From Allosphingosinicella sp. (GTDB taxonomy: Bacteria; Pseudomonadota; Alphaproteobacteria; Sphingomonadales; Sphingomonadaceae), in assembly GCA_035626655.1 (NCBI GenBank), contig DASPNF010000011.1: a stretch of DNA of 64,000 bases; one strand, written 5' to 3'. The translations under genes and the position numbers were made by a program. The number at the start of each line of letters is the position of its first letter. Positions within the stretch are counted from its first letter, which is position 1. This document shows positions 46,428-57,505 of this stretch, one piece after another. The notes beneath the pieces are model-generated. The model saw only the letters and a list, made by a program, of their open reading frames with translations. It was not told where the DNA came from and did not search any database.

Positions 46428-47324
46428 ATGAAAGGCGGTGTGCGCAAGTTCGGCCGGGCCGAGCGCGGCCTGCTGCCCGAGGGGCGGCTCGCCGGGCCGA
46501 TGCCCTGGGTGATCGCGATCATGATGTTCCTGACCGTCCTCGCCGCCGCCGCCGGCATGGGCCTGGCCAGCGCCGCCGCGCGCCTGGACGAGCAGATCGG
46601 CGGGCGCGTCACCATCCAGATCGTCGAGGCCAATCCGGCGCGCAAGGCGGCGCAATCCCGGGCCGCGGTCGCCGCTATCCAGCGGCTGCCCGGCGTGGTC
46701 GCGGTGCGCCCGGTGCCGGAGGAGGAGATCAACCGGCTGCTCGTGCCGTGGCTCGGGCAGGGCGGCATCGCCGAGGACATCCCCGTGCCGGCCCTGATCG
46801 ACGTCGATCTGACGCCCGAGGGGCATGCCCGGCTCGCCGAGCTCACCCGCGCGGTGACCGCCGCCGCGCCTGCCGCCCGGGTCGACGATAACGGCCAGTG
46901 GCTGGCCCCGCTCGCCTCGCTGATCGGGGCGCTGAAATGGCTGGCGGCCGGGCTCGTCCTGCTGATGGTCGGCGCGACCGCGGCGACGGTCGTGCTGGCG
47001 GCGCGCGCGGCGCTCGACCTGCACCGGGCGACGATCGAGGTGCTGCATTTCATGGGCGCGACCGACGTCCAGGTCGCGCGCCTGTTCCAGCGCCGGATTG
47101 CGCTCGACGCCCTGTTCGGCGGGCTCGTCGGCTTCATCCTCGCCGCTCTGGTGCTGATCGGCATCGGCGAGCGGGTCTCCGCTCTGGGGTCGGAGCTGCT
47201 CGGCTCGGCGAGCGTGCCGGCGCCCGCCTGGGGCATCCTCGTCGGCCTGCCTCTGTTCGGCGTGCTGCTCGCCATGCTGGTCGCGCGGCTCACCATCCTG
47301 CGCGCGCTCGGGAAGATGCTGTGA
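46428..47324 (+). CDS. ftsX: Cell division permease FtsX
   Basis: Follows ftsE. Four TM helices with a periplasmic loop. Internal ATG at 46428. Confidence 0.85.
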   Translation: MKGGVRKFGRAERGLLPEGRLAGPMPWVIAIMMFLTVLAAAAGMGLASAAARLDEQIGGRVTIQIVEANPARKAAQSRAAVAAIQRLPGVVAVRPVPEEEINRLLVPWLGQGGIAEDIPVPALIDVDLTPEGHARLAELTRAVTAAAPAARVDDNGQWLAPLASLIGALKWLAAGLVLLMVGATAATVVLAARAALDLHRATIEVLHFMGATDVQVARLFQRRIALDALFGGLVGFILAALVLIGIGERVSALGSELLGSASVPAPAWGILVGLPLFGVLLAMLVARLTILRALGKML

Positions 47325-47860
47325 TCCGCTGGACGATCCGCCTCGTCGCCTTGCTGCTCGCGCTCTACGGCATCGGCTTTGCGGTCTTCGCTTTGACCCT
47401 GCCCAGGGCGGCCGGCGACGAACGGACCGACGCGATCGTCGTGCTGACCGGCAGCCCGGGCCGGCTGGAGCGGGGCTTCGCCCTGCTCGAGCAGGACCGG
47501 GCGCAGGCCGTCCTCATCTCCGGCGTGCCGACCGGCGCCCGGCCGCAGGATTATGCGGCGCGCTACGGCGTCGACCCGAGCCTGTTTCCCGCGAAGATCG
47601 CGCTTGGCCAGGATTCGGTCGACACGCGCACCAATGCCGAGGAGGTCGCCCGCTGGCTGCAGCGGCGGCGCTACCGCTCGATCCGCCTGGTCACCAGCGA
47701 CCTGCACATGCACCGGGCCTATTATGAGATCGGCCGGCGCGTCGGCGGCGACGTCACCATCCTGACCGATGCGGTCGTCACCAATCCCGGCTTCGTCCAG
47801 ATTTACAACGAATATAACAAATATCTGATGGCGCGGGCCGCCGGCCTGGTCGGGCTCTAG
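47321..47860 (+). CDS. YdcF/DUF218-family protein
   Basis: GTG at 47321 (GTGA overlap with ftsX). TM anchor, IVVLTGSPGRLERG and TRTNAEE...LVTSDLHM patterns. Confidence 0.78.
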   Translation: MIRWTIRLVALLLALYGIGFAVFALTLPRAAGDERTDAIVVLTGSPGRLERGFALLEQDRAQAVLISGVPTGARPQDYAARYGVDPSLFPAKIALGQDSVDTRTNAEEVARWLQRRRYRSIRLVTSDLHMHRAYYEIGRRVGGDVTILTDAVVTNPGFVQIYNEYNKYLMARAAGLVGL

Positions 47861-47872
47861 GCGAACGGGACG

Positions 47873-48559
47873 ATGGCTGCCTTCCGCTCCTTCCTGTTCG
47901 CGCTCATCTTCTACGGTGGCACCGTGCCTGCGGTCCTGCTCTCCTTCCCGATCAGCCTGCTGGGCACCAGGGCGATCCGCTGGTGGGCCCATGGCTGGGC
48001 CCGCTATCACCGGCTCTGCGCCCGCCTGCTGCTGGGCGTGCGCACCAAGGTCGAGGGCACGCCGCCCAGGGGCGCCTGCCTCGTCGCCTCAAAGCATCAG
48101 TCGATGTTCGAGACGCTGGAGCTGATCCTGATGCTCGACGAGCCGGCCACGGTGCTGAAGCGCGAGCTCGCCGACATCCCGCTCTGGGGCTGGGTGACGC
48201 GACGTTATGGCGTCATACCGGTCGACCGGAAGGGCGGCGCCGCGGCGCTCCGGCGGATGATGCGCGCGGCCGAATCCGCCATAGCCGAAGGCCGGCCGAT
48301 CGCGATCTTCCCCGAGGGCACGCGGGTGCCGCCGGGCGCGCAGCCGCCGCTGCAACCGGGCTTTGCCGGGCTCTACCGGGCGCTGAAGCTGCCGGTCGTG
48401 CCGGTCGCCGTGGATTCGGGCCGGCTCTGGCCGCGCGGCCGGTTCGTCAAGCGCGCCGGCATCGTCACCATGCGCTTCCTTGCGCCGATCGAGCCGGGCC
48501 TGCCCCGGCCGGAGATCGAGGCGCGGGTCCACGCCGCGATCAACGAGCTCGACCGGTGA
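47873..48559 (+). CDS. 1-acyl-sn-glycerol-3-phosphate acyltransferase family protein
   Basis: SKHQSMFET (HX4-D/E-type block) and IFPEGTR block. Confidence 0.82.
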   Translation: MAAFRSFLFALIFYGGTVPAVLLSFPISLLGTRAIRWWAHGWARYHRLCARLLLGVRTKVEGTPPRGACLVASKHQSMFETLELILMLDEPATVLKRELADIPLWGWVTRRYGVIPVDRKGGAAALRRMMRAAESAIAEGRPIAIFPEGTRVPPGAQPPLQPGFAGLYRALKLPVVPVAVDSGRLWPRGRFVKRAGIVTMRFLAPIEPGLPRPEIEARVHAAINELDR

Positions 48560-48566
48560 CAGGGCG

Positions 48567-49631
48567 ATGACTCCGGCACTCGGCATCATCGAGGGCTTTT
48601 TCGGCCGGCCCTGGTCCTGGGCGGAGCGGGCGGACGCGGTCCGCTTCCTGAGGCCGCACGGCTACAGCTTCTACCTCTACGCGCCCAAGGCCGATCCCTG
48701 GCTCCGCCGGCGCTGGCAGGAGCCGCATCCCCCGGCGGAGATGGATAAACTGGCGGAATTCCGGGACATTTGCAGGTCGCAGAATGTCCGCTTCGGCATC
48801 GGCCTCACCCCGTTCGAGCTGCATCTCCATGGCGGCCGGGGCTGGCAGGAGGCGCTGGCGGCGAAGCTGGCCCAGCTCGCTTCGCTGAAGCTCGACGACC
48901 TCGCGATTCTCTTCGACGATATGCGCGGCGACGTGCCCGAGCTCGCCGAGCGGCAGGCCGCGATCGTCCATTATGCCGCCGAGCGCGGGGTCGCCGGCCG
49001 GATCCTCTCCTGCCCCTCTTATTATTCCGACGATCCGATCCTCGACGTCGCCTTCGGCCAGCGCCCGGCTTTCTATCTCGAGCAGCTCGGCCGGCTGCTC
49101 GATCCCGCCGTCCAGCTCTTCTGGACGGGGCCGGAGGTCGGCTCGCGCGAATACTCGCCCGGCCATCTCGCCCGCGTCGCCGGGCAGATGGGGCGGAGGC
49201 CGATGCTCTGGGACAATTATCCGGTCAATGACGGCGCCCGCATGTCGCAGCATCTGCACCTGCGCGGCGTCACCGGCCGGCCAGCCGCGATCGGGCCGCA
49301 TATTGCCGGCCACGGGGTCAATCCGGCCTCCCAGCCTTTGCTCAGCCGCATCCCCCTGCTGACCTTGGCTGAAAGCTATCGGACCGGCGAATCCTATGAC
49401 TATCTTGCGGCGTTCGGCCGGGCCGCGCGCGAGATTCTGGGCGAGGAGCTCGCCCTTCGCCTAACGAAGGACATCCTCACGCTGCAGGATCGCGGGCTCG
49501 ACCGGCTCGGCGGGCGCAAGGCCGCCCTGCAGGCCCGTTACGCCGCCTTCGATCACCCGGCCGCGCGGGAAATCTGTTTGTGGCTGGAGGGTTACTGGAC
49601 GGTCGGCGAGGATCTGGTGCTGACGCAATAA
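48567..49631 (+). CDS. GH84-like beta-N-acetylglucosaminidase (O-GlcNAcase homologue), no signal peptide
   Basis: GIIEGFFGRPW, ILFDDM (catalytic Asp-Asp) and WDNYPVND motifs. Internal ATG at 48567. Confidence 0.75.
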   Translation: MTPALGIIEGFFGRPWSWAERADAVRFLRPHGYSFYLYAPKADPWLRRRWQEPHPPAEMDKLAEFRDICRSQNVRFGIGLTPFELHLHGGRGWQEALAAKLAQLASLKLDDLAILFDDMRGDVPELAERQAAIVHYAAERGVAGRILSCPSYYSDDPILDVAFGQRPAFYLEQLGRLLDPAVQLFWTGPEVGSREYSPGHLARVAGQMGRRPMLWDNYPVNDGARMSQHLHLRGVTGRPAAIGPHIAGHGVNPASQPLLSRIPLLTLAESYRTGESYDYLAAFGRAAREILGEELALRLTKDILTLQDRGLDRLGGRKAALQARYAAFDHPAAREICLWLEGYWTVGEDLVLTQ

Positions 49632-49657
49632 TTACGGAGTCGAAATTGTTATCATCG

Positions 49658-50704
49658 CTAACGACCGCCTAACCACGTCACCGCGCGGCCGTGCGGATGC
49701 GTCCAGGCGAGCAATTGCTCCTCTCCCGGCCAGGTCCGGAGCCGCAGCGAATGGCGTTCCTCGCCGGGTTCCTTCTCGAAGCGGAGCCAGGCGAGCGGGG
49801 CGGCGGCGGAGGCCTGTGCGCCGGCCGCCTCGATGCGCTCCCTGACGCGTTGCTGGCTGAGGGGATCGAAATATTGGAAGGCGACGGAGTGCATCACCAC
49901 CCGGGTCACATCGGGCTCGGGCTCGGGCTTCAACCGGTCTTCGAGCCAGTCGGCGGCGTCGCCCCGGTCGATCTCCGGCGGATGAAATTCGGCGGCCGCG
50001 AGCGCGGCGCGCAAGGCGAGGCCGCGTTCCGGCTGGTCGGGCCAGATATAGGCGCTCAGCTTCATCGCATCGTCCGGCAGGCGGGCGGGATTGAGATCGA
50101 CTCCGGCGCGATCGACGATGCGGACCTCCGCCTTGGGCGGCCGCGGCCCTTCCCAGTCCGGCTTGAACAAGGGCGCCGGGTGAATCGTCCTGCCGATGAG
50201 CAGGCCGCCCAGATTGTAGCGATAGCGGTCGAGGACGAGGTTGAGGCCGGCGCTCGCGCCCAGCTCGAACAGGCGCATGGGCAGCGGAAGGCGGTCGGCG
50301 ATCGTCAGCAGGCCGCTCATCAAGACCGCGGAACGGCCGACCTCATTGGTCTGCGGCGCGAAGTCGAGCCAGGGCATGAGCTTGCCGCCAGCCAGAACCG
50401 GGGCGAGCGCCTCCCAGAGCGCGCCCGCATCAGGGATCGGTGCCGGCGGGTAGAGACGGGCAAGGTCCGAATTCCGGTCGGACATGGCCAGGAAATGCAG
50501 CCCGCCACAGAGCCGCAGCGCCAGCGCATCCCCGAATGCGCCCGGCTCGCCCGGCCAGTCGAGCACGCGGCGGCCCGTTTCGGTGCGCCGGTCCAGCTGC
50601 CGGCCAAGCGTCTCGCAGAGCAAGGCGGTGAAGGGAGCCCCCAAGGCGGCGCAGAACCGGGCCTGCTCTGCGAAGCTGGCCCGAATCTCCGTCTCTGTCG
50701 CCAA
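49658..50704 (-). CDS. DUF2332 family protein
   Basis: FAEQARFCAALGAPFTALLCE... N-terminus; family name from memory. Confidence 0.6.
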   Translation of the reverse strand: MATETEIRASFAEQARFCAALGAPFTALLCETLGRQLDRRTETGRRVLDWPGEPGAFGDALALRLCGGLHFLAMSDRNSDLARLYPPAPIPDAGALWEALAPVLAGGKLMPWLDFAPQTNEVGRSAVLMSGLLTIADRLPLPMRLFELGASAGLNLVLDRYRYNLGGLLIGRTIHPAPLFKPDWEGPRPPKAEVRIVDRAGVDLNPARLPDDAMKLSAYIWPDQPERGLALRAALAAAEFHPPEIDRGDAADWLEDRLKPEPEPDVTRVVMHSVAFQYFDPLSQQRVRERIEAAGAQASAAAPLAWLRFEKEPGEERHSLRLRTWPGEEQLLAWTHPHGRAVTWLGGR

Positions 50705-50707
50705 GCC

Positions 50708-53083
50708 TCAGGTCCTGAGCGTCGCGCCGAGCTTCGCGGCTGCGGCGACAATCCGCCCGGCGATCGCCTGCAGCTCCTCCTCGGTGAAGCTCTTCTCCGC
50801 CGGCTGCAGGCTCACCTCGACGGCGAGCGACTTCTGGCCCTCGGGCACGCCCTGGCCGGTGAAGACATCGAACAGCCGCGCGCCGGTGATCGCCGCCTTG
50901 TCCGCGCCGCGCACGGCGCGCACCAGCTGGTCGGCGGGCAGATCGGCGGGGACGAGGAAGGCGAAATCGCGCGTCACCGCCTGCAAGGCCGGTGGCTGAT
51001 AGGCGCTGCGCATATGGCCGGCGCCGCCGCGCCTGGCCGGGATGGCGTCGAGGTAAAGCTCCGCGGCCACCACGGGCCCGTCCAGGTCGAACGCCCTGAC
51101 GATGCGCGGGTGCAAGGTCCCGAACACGGCCAGCGCGTTCTTCGGCCCGAGGCAGAGCCGCCCCGACTGGCCCGGATGCCAGGCGGGGCCGGCCTCGCCG
51201 AGCACCTGCAGGTTGTCGACCGGCGCGCCGGCGGCGGCGAGGATGGCCAGCGCCTCGGCCTTCGCGTCATAGGCGTCGACCGGGCCCGTCTTTCCCGCCC
51301 AGTGGCGCGGCCCGCGCGGCCCGGCCAGGACGAGGCCGAGCGTCGCCCGCTCACCGTCGCCCAGATAGCGCCGGCCGATCTCGAACAGGCGGATGCTCTC
51401 GGCCCCCCGGGCCGCGTTGCGCGCCGCCGCCGCGAGCAGGCCGGGCAGGAGCGAGGGGCGCATCGCCTTCATCTCCTCGCTGATCGGATTGGCGAGCACC
51501 CAGGCCGAGCCGCCGAACGCCTCGGCCTCGCGCTCGGCGAGGAAGCTCCAGGTCACCGCCTCATTGAGGCCGCGCGCCGCGGCCGTCCGCCGCGCCTGCC
51601 GCTCGACCATCTGCTCCGCCGTCGCCGTCGGCCGCGCCACCCCGGGGGCGCGCGGCAGCGGCGTCGAGGGGACCTGGTCAAGCCCCTCGAGTCGAATGAC
51701 TTCCTCGACGATATCGGCGGCACCGTCCACGTCGCGACGCCATGACGGCACCGCGATTCGCCAAGGCTCGCCGCGGGTCACGGTGAAGCCCAGCCGCTGC
51801 AATATCTGCGCCTGCCGGTCCTCCGGCACGGCGACCCCGGCCAGCTCCGCGCAGCGCTCGGGCCGATAGTCGACGACCTTGTCCGGGATGGGCGGCTCGC
51901 CTGCCCGGAAGATCTGCGACGGCTCGCCGCCGACGAGATCGATCGCGAGCGCCGTGCCCAGCTCGATCCCGGCCTCCACGAAGGCCGGGTCGGCGCCGCG
52001 CTCGAAGCGGCTGCGCGCGTCCGAGGTGAGGCCGAGCTTCTGGCCGGACAAGGCAATGCGTTGCGGATCGAACCAGGCGCATTCGATCAGGATGTCGGTC
52101 GTCGACTCGTCGACGCTGGTCCGCTCGCCGCCCATGATGCCGCCGATTCCGTCGGCGCCCGCCTCGTCGGCGATCGCGGTGATCGAGGGATCGAGCCGGT
52201 AGGTCTTCCCGTTCAGCGCGAGCACCTCTTCCCCCTCCCGCGCCCGCCGGGCGGTCAGGTTGCCGCGCAGCTTGGCGAGGTCGAAGACGTGCAGCGGCCG
52301 GCCGTAGCTGAGCGTGATATAGTTGGTCATGTCGACCAGCGCGCTGATCGGCCGCTGGCCCACTGCCTTCAGCCGTTGCTGCAGCCAGTCCGGCGACGGT
52401 CCGTTACGCACGCCGCGGATCGCCCGGCCGTAAAAGACCGGACAGCCCTCCTCGTCCTCGAGGCTGATCTCGACCGGGCAGGGCCAGGTCCCGGCGATCA
52501 CCGGCACCTCGACCGGCTTCAGCGTGCCGAGCCCCGCCGCGGCCAGATCGCGGGCGATGCCGTGCACGCCCATCGCGTCCTGGCGGTTCGGCGTGACCGA
52601 GACGTCGATCACCGGATCGTCCAGCTCCGCATAGACGGCGAAAGGCACGCCGACCGGGGCGTCCTCGGCGAGCTCGATGATTCCCTCATGCGCCTCGCCC
52701 AGCTCCAGCTCGCGGATCGAGCACATCATGCCGCGGCTCTCGACGCCGCGGATCGCCGCCACCTTCAGGGTCAGATCGCTGCCCGGCACCCACGCGCCCG
52801 GCGGGCCGAACACGCCCTTCAGCCCCGCCCGCGCATTGGGCGCGCCGCAGACCACCTGGATCGCCTCGCCTGTCCCCGCATTGACGGTCAGCACCTGCAG
52901 CTTGTCCGCCTGCGGGTGGGGCGCCGCGGTGAGCACCTCGGCGACCACGAAGGGGGCGAGCTTCTCGGCCGGATTCTCGACGGCTTCCACCTCGAGGCCG
53001 ATCCGGGTCAGCGTCTCCACGATCGTCTCGAGGTCCGCATCCGTCTCCAGATGCTCCTTCAGCCAGGACAGGGTGAACTTCAT
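50708..53083 (-). CDS. pheT: Phenylalanine--tRNA ligase beta subunit
   Basis: [13 protein letters not shown]-terminus, 791 aa. ATG at 53083 overlaps the pheS stop. Confidence 0.96.
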   Translation of the reverse strand: MKFTLSWLKEHLETDADLETIVETLTRIGLEVEAVENPAEKLAPFVVAEVLTAAPHPQADKLQVLTVNAGTGEAIQVVCGAPNARAGLKGVFGPPGAWVPGSDLTLKVAAIRGVESRGMMCSIRELELGEAHEGIIELAEDAPVGVPFAVYAELDDPVIDVSVTPNRQDAMGVHGIARDLAAAGLGTLKPVEVPVIAGTWPCPVEISLEDEEGCPVFYGRAIRGVRNGPSPDWLQQRLKAVGQRPISALVDMTNYITLSYGRPLHVFDLAKLRGNLTARRAREGEEVLALNGKTYRLDPSITAIADEAGADGIGGIMGGERTSVDESTTDILIECAWFDPQRIALSGQKLGLTSDARSRFERGADPAFVEAGIELGTALAIDLVGGEPSQIFRAGEPPIPDKVVDYRPERCAELAGVAVPEDRQAQILQRLGFTVTRGEPWRIAVPSWRRDVDGAADIVEEVIRLEGLDQVPSTPLPRAPGVARPTATAEQMVERQARRTAAARGLNEAVTWSFLAEREAEAFGGSAWVLANPISEEMKAMRPSLLPGLLAAAARNAARGAESIRLFEIGRRYLGDGERATLGLVLAGPRGPRHWAGKTGPVDAYDAKAEALAILAAAGAPVDNLQVLGEAGPAWHPGQSGRLCLGPKNALAVFGTLHPRIVRAFDLDGPVVAAELYLDAIPARRGGAGHMRSAYQPPALQAVTRDFAFLVPADLPADQLVRAVRGADKAAITGARLFDVFTGQGVPEGQKSLAVEVSLQPAEKSFTEEELQAIAGRIVAAAAKLGATLRT

Positions 53084-54162
53084 GCGCCCACTCCGCCGCT
53101 GAGCGTGGGCACATCGAGCGCGCGGAAGCCGTAATGGCGCAGCCACCTGAGGTCGCCGTCGAAGAAGGCGCGGAGGTCATCCATCCCGTATTTCAGCATG
53201 GCCAGCCGGTCGATGCCGCAGCCGAAGGCGAAGCCCTGCCATTCGTCCGGATCGAGCCCGCAGGCGGCGATCACGCGTGGATGGACCATGCCCGAGCCGA
53301 GCAATTCCATGAAATGGTCGGTGCCGCCGAGCACGCGCCGGCCCTTCTCCAGATGATAGCCGACATCGACCTCGGCCGAGGGCTCGGTGAAGGGGAAATA
53401 GGAGGGGCGCATGCGGAGCACGATGTCGTCGCGCTCGAAAAAGGCCTTGAGGAAGGTCTCCAGCGTCCATTTGAGGTGGCCGAGCATGATTCCCCGGTCG
53501 ATCACCAGCCCCTCGACCTGGTGGAACATCGGCGTGTGAGTGGCGTCGCTGTCCGAGCGATAGGTCCGGCCCGGCGCGATGATGTAGAGCGGCGGCTCCT
53601 GGCTCTGCATGGTGCGGATCTGCACCGGCGAGGTGTGCGTGCGCAGCAGCATCGCGCGCCCGTCGGGGCCGTTCTGCGGGAAATAGAAGGTGTCGTGCAT
53701 CGCCCGGGCCGGATGGCTCTCGGGAATGTTGAGCGCGGTGAAATTGTGCCAGTCGTCCTCGATCTCCGGCCCGGTGGCGACGGAGAAGCCGAGATCGGCG
53801 AAAATCTCCGCCAGCTCGTCCATCACCTGACTGACCGGATGGATGCTGCCCTCCGCGGCCGGCGCGACGGGCAAGGTCATGTCGAGCCGCTCGGCCGCCA
53901 GGCGCTGTTCGAGCGCTGCGCCCTCCAGCGCCGCCTTGCGCGCGGTCAGCGCTTCCGTCACCGCCTCGCGCAGGCCGTGGATACGCGGACCCTCGCTCTG
54001 CCTTTCCTCGGGCGACATCCCGCCCAGGGTCTTCAGCAGGGCGGTGACCGCGCCCTGCTTGCCGAGCGCCGCGACGCGCTCCGCCTCGAGCGCGGCAAGA
54101 TCGCCCGCGCCGGCGATCCGGTCGAGCCAGTCCTGTTTCAGTCGTTCGAGGTCGCTGCCCAT
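53080..54162 (-). CDS. pheS: Phenylalanine--tRNA ligase alpha subunit
   Basis: Class II motifs ([34 protein letters not shown]). Confidence 0.96.
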   Translation of the reverse strand: MGSDLERLKQDWLDRIAGAGDLAALEAERVAALGKQGAVTALLKTLGGMSPEERQSEGPRIHGLREAVTEALTARKAALEGAALEQRLAAERLDMTLPVAPAAEGSIHPVSQVMDELAEIFADLGFSVATGPEIEDDWHNFTALNIPESHPARAMHDTFYFPQNGPDGRAMLLRTHTSPVQIRTMQSQEPPLYIIAPGRTYRSDSDATHTPMFHQVEGLVIDRGIMLGHLKWTLETFLKAFFERDDIVLRMRPSYFPFTEPSAEVDVGYHLEKGRRVLGGTDHFMELLGSGMVHPRVIAACGLDPDEWQGFAFGCGIDRLAMLKYGMDDLRAFFDGDLRWLRHYGFRALDVPTLSGGVGA

Positions 54163-54243
54163 AGGGAGGCCCCTAACGGAGAAAGGCGCAGGATGAAAAC
54201 CCCTCGCCGTTGCGCTATCAAAGACAGGACGGGAGGGATTCGG

Positions 54244-54867
54244 ATGATCTCACTGCGTAGCCTTGCGATCCTGGCGCTGGCTCTGCCGTTCGCGGCAGCC
54301 GCCTCCGCGCCCGAAGCAAAGCATGGCTCCCCGCCCGAGGGCGACCATGGCGATCCGGCCCATGCCGAACCCCGTTCCGGCCCCGATTGCCCGAGGCGGC
54401 TCGGCAATCAGGACGGTGCCCCCCGCTTCGCCGATTTTCCGGCGCCGCGCGCGATCCTGGCAAAGGATTATGTCGCGCCGCAGCTCAGCTCGCGCGAGAT
54501 CCGCGCCTATCGCTCCACGCTCGGCGCCGAGGCTGCAAACGGGCCGAACTTCGCCGCCAATTACACCGTCGCGGCCTGGGGCTGCGGCTTTTCCTGCAGC
54601 GCTGCGGCGATCGTCAATCTCGGCAACGGCCGGGTCATCTTTCCGGTCGAGCTGCGCCGGATCAGCACGCGCCATGTCCGGGACTGGGTCAGCGACCGGC
54701 CGCTCCGCTATCGCGGCATGCGCTTCAACCCGGGCAGCCGCCTGCTGATCGTGATCGGCAGCGCGGTCGGCGCCGAGACGGACGAGAGCGCGGTCTATTA
54801 TGAATGGACCGGGAGCGGCCTCCGCCATCTCGCCACCATCCCCCGGACGCAGCTCTGCCCGGCATGA
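54244..54867 (+). CDS. Secreted hypothetical protein (207 aa)
   Basis: Internal ATG at 54244 and signal peptide [16 protein letters not shown]. Confidence 0.55.
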   Translation: MISLRSLAILALALPFAAAASAPEAKHGSPPEGDHGDPAHAEPRSGPDCPRRLGNQDGAPRFADFPAPRAILAKDYVAPQLSSREIRAYRSTLGAEAANGPNFAANYTVAAWGCGFSCSAAAIVNLGNGRVIFPVELRRISTRHVRDWVSDRPLRYRGMRFNPGSRLLIVIGSAVGAETDESAVYYEWTGSGLRHLATIPRTQLCPA

Positions 54868-55799
54868 CCGGGGCCTGGCCGAGCCTGTCGGCCGCGCGCG
54901 ACCGGCCGACCATCGTCGCGCTGCACCTCTTCTCGCAGGTGCTCGGCAAGGTGCCGACCGCCCTGCTGCCCTGGCGCAACCATGGCTGGCACCTGACGCT
55001 GCACGTCACTGCGCGCGGCCTGACGACCGAGCCAATCTATGTGCCTGGCGGCGTCTTCACGCTCGCGCTGGACCTGGCTGAACATCAATTCGTCTATGAG
55101 GATTCCGGGCGGCGGATGACCGCGCCGCTCGGCCCCATGTCGGTGGCGGACTTCCACGCCCGGGCCATGAACATCCTCGCCGGGGCGGGCCATAAGGTCC
55201 GCATCCACGGAGCGCCGAACGAGGTCGATCCCGCCATTCCCTTTGCCGAGGATCGCGCGCCGCGCACCTATGACCGGGACAGCGCTGCGCGCCTGCTCGG
55301 CGCGGTGCAGAATGCCGATCGCGTCTTCCGCCTGTTTCGTTCCGGCTTTCTCGGCAAGGCCAGCCCGGTCCATTTCTTCTGGGGCAGCTTCGATCTCGCC
55401 GTCACCCGCTTCTCCGGTCGGCCGGCGCCGCTGCATCCGGGCGGCATTCCGAACCTGCCCGATGCGGTGACGCGCGAGGCCTACAGCCACGAGGAAGCCA
55501 GCGCCGGCTTCTGGCCCGGCGGCGCCGGCGCGGAGGGCGGGCCCTTCTTCTATTCCTATGCCTATCCGGCGCCCGACGGCTTCGCCGAGGCGACGGTCGG
55601 GCCGGAGGCGGCGCGCTGGGACGCGGCGCTCGGCGAGTTCGTGCTGGACTATGAGGCGGTGCGGACCGCGGCGGACCCGGACGGGGCCCTGCTCCGTTTC
55701 CTGAGCTCGACTTATGAAGCCGCCGCCGACCTTGCCGCCTGGGACCGCGCCGCGCTCGAATGCCCGATCGGCCGGCCGGGCGTGCCGCGGCAGGTTTAG
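54864..55799 (+). CDS. DUF5996 family protein
   Basis: ATGA overlap with the upstream gene; ALHLFSQVLGKVPTALLPWRNHGWHLTLHVTARGLTT pattern. Confidence 0.65.
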   Translation: MTGAWPSLSAARDRPTIVALHLFSQVLGKVPTALLPWRNHGWHLTLHVTARGLTTEPIYVPGGVFTLALDLAEHQFVYEDSGRRMTAPLGPMSVADFHARAMNILAGAGHKVRIHGAPNEVDPAIPFAEDRAPRTYDRDSAARLLGAVQNADRVFRLFRSGFLGKASPVHFFWGSFDLAVTRFSGRPAPLHPGGIPNLPDAVTREAYSHEEASAGFWPGGAGAEGGPFFYSYAYPAPDGFAEATVGPEAARWDAALGEFVLDYEAVRTAADPDGALLRFLSSTYEAAADLAAWDRAALECPIGRPGVPRQV

Positions 55800-55808
55800 G
55801 AGTGAAGG

Positions 55809-56276
55809 ATGAGCGTGGCCTTCCGCCGGGAGAGCGACGAGGAGCATAAGGAGCCGCGCTTCGAGCTGCCGATCCCGCCCGGGCCGAACCTCGTCACTGC
55901 GGCCGGGCTGAAACTCGCGGAAGAACGGGTTGCCGAACTGGAGGCGCGGGTCGCGGCGGAGACGGAGGAGCTTGCGCTCGCCGACGCGCAGCGGAGCCTG
56001 CGCTACTGGCGCACCCGCCTCGCCACCGCCGAGCTCGCCCCGTCGCCGCCCGAGGACGAGGCCGCGTTCGGCAGCCGCGTCACCTTCCGCCTCAACGGGC
56101 AGGAACGGACGGTCGACATTGTCGGGGACGACGAGGCCGATCCCGCGGCAGGCAAGCTCGCTTTCTCCGCCCCGCTCGCGCGCGCCCTGATCGGAGCCGG
56201 GCCGGGCGATTTTTCGGACTTCGGCGGCGAGGCGGACGCAATCGAGATCGTCGCGGTCGGGGCGATCCCGGCCTAG
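55809..56276 (+). CDS. GreA/GreB-family elongation-factor-like protein
   Basis: N-terminal coiled coil, C-terminal FGSRVTF...G.E....IVG..EADP..GK...SAPLARAL.G. Confidence 0.75.
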   Translation: MSVAFRRESDEEHKEPRFELPIPPGPNLVTAAGLKLAEERVAELEARVAAETEELALADAQRSLRYWRTRLATAELAPSPPEDEAAFGSRVTFRLNGQERTVDIVGDDEADPAAGKLAFSAPLARALIGAGPGDFSDFGGEADAIEIVAVGAIPA

Positions 56277-57433
56277 GTCCGTCCCGCGCCCGCCGACGGC
56301 AGGCTCACCCGGAAGCAGGCGCCGCCGCCCGCCCGGTTGGCCGCGGACAGGGTCCCGCCATGCGCCTCGACGATGGTGCGGCTGATCGAGAGGCCGACGC
56401 CCATCCCGCCCGGCTTGGACGAGGCGAAGGCCTCGAACAGGCTGTCCATCATGTCCGGCGGAATGCCGGGGCCGCTGTCCTCGACCAGGATCTCCACGAC
56501 CTTGCCGGCGGCCCGGGCGGACACCAGCACCTGGCGCTGCGGCGCCTCAAGCACGGCCTCGACGGCATTGCGGACCAGGTTGATCACCACCTGCTGGAGC
56601 TGGACAGGGTCGGCCGCGACCCTGAGGCCGTCCGCCAGGTCGAGCCGGAGCGCCACCTGCGCCTCCACCCCCAGCAGGGCCAGGGCCGCCGCCTCGGCGA
56701 TCAGCGGCCTGGGATCGAGCCGCTGACGCTTCGCCGCGGCGCCGCTGCTCATCTCCTTCAGCGAGCGGATGATGTTGCGGGCGCGCAGGGCGCTCTTCTC
56801 GATCGCGTCGAGCCCGTCCTCCAGGAAGGCCAGGCTCGGCACGTCGGCCTGCAGGGCGCGCCTGGTGCCAGCCGCGAAATTGCCGATCGCCGCGAGCGGC
56901 TGGTTCAGCTCGTGCGCGAGCATCGCGGCCATCGTCCCCATCGCGCTCTTGCGCGACAAGTGGATCAGCTCGGCTTGCAGCGCCTGGACCTGCGCTTCGG
57001 CCAGTTTCTCGGCGGTGATGTCCTGCTTGGTGCCGAAGATGCGGACCGAGCGCCCGTCCTCCCGCTCGACGTCGGCGGTGAGGCGGAGCCAGCGGTCATG
57101 GCCCTTTGCCGTCCGGATATGGACGTCGAGCGCGAAGCTGCCGCCCTCGGCGATCGCCCTGGCGCGCAGCCGCTCCATCTCCGCGCGCGACTCCGCGTCG
57201 TAGAGCGCGACGATCTCCGCCCGCTCGAGCGGGGCGCCGCGCGGCAGCTCGAACAGGTCGTAGACCCCGTCCGTCCAGGTCAGCGCCTCGGTCGCGAGGT
57301 CGCATTCCCAGACGCCGATCCGTGCCAGCGCGGACGAGCGGTCGTACATTTTCTTGTAATGCGCGACGGAAGCCGCCTCCGCCTCCGCGAAACCGTCGTC
57401 GGCAGGGCCAGGCAGGCCATCATTCCCGTCCAT
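56273..57433 (-). CDS. PAS-domain sensor histidine kinase (no adjacent response regulator)
   Basis: PAS region, H-box AHELNQPLAAI, N box LVRNAVEA, G boxes DSGPGI and GMGVGL. Confidence 0.88.
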   Translation of the reverse strand: MDGNDGLPGPADDGFAEAEAASVAHYKKMYDRSSALARIGVWECDLATEALTWTDGVYDLFELPRGAPLERAEIVALYDAESRAEMERLRARAIAEGGSFALDVHIRTAKGHDRWLRLTADVEREDGRSVRIFGTKQDITAEKLAEAQVQALQAELIHLSRKSAMGTMAAMLAHELNQPLAAIGNFAAGTRRALQADVPSLAFLEDGLDAIEKSALRARNIIRSLKEMSSGAAAKRQRLDPRPLIAEAAALALLGVEAQVALRLDLADGLRVAADPVQLQQVVINLVRNAVEAVLEAPQRQVLVSARAAGKVVEILVEDSGPGIPPDMMDSLFEAFASSKPGGMGVGLSISRTIVEAHGGTLSAANRAGGGACFRVSLPSAGAGRT

Positions 57434-57505
57434 GTCGGACCAATACGCAACCGGACACGCTCACCCTGCCCCGCCACGCCAATCTTCGCGCGAGGTGAAC
57501 CACTC

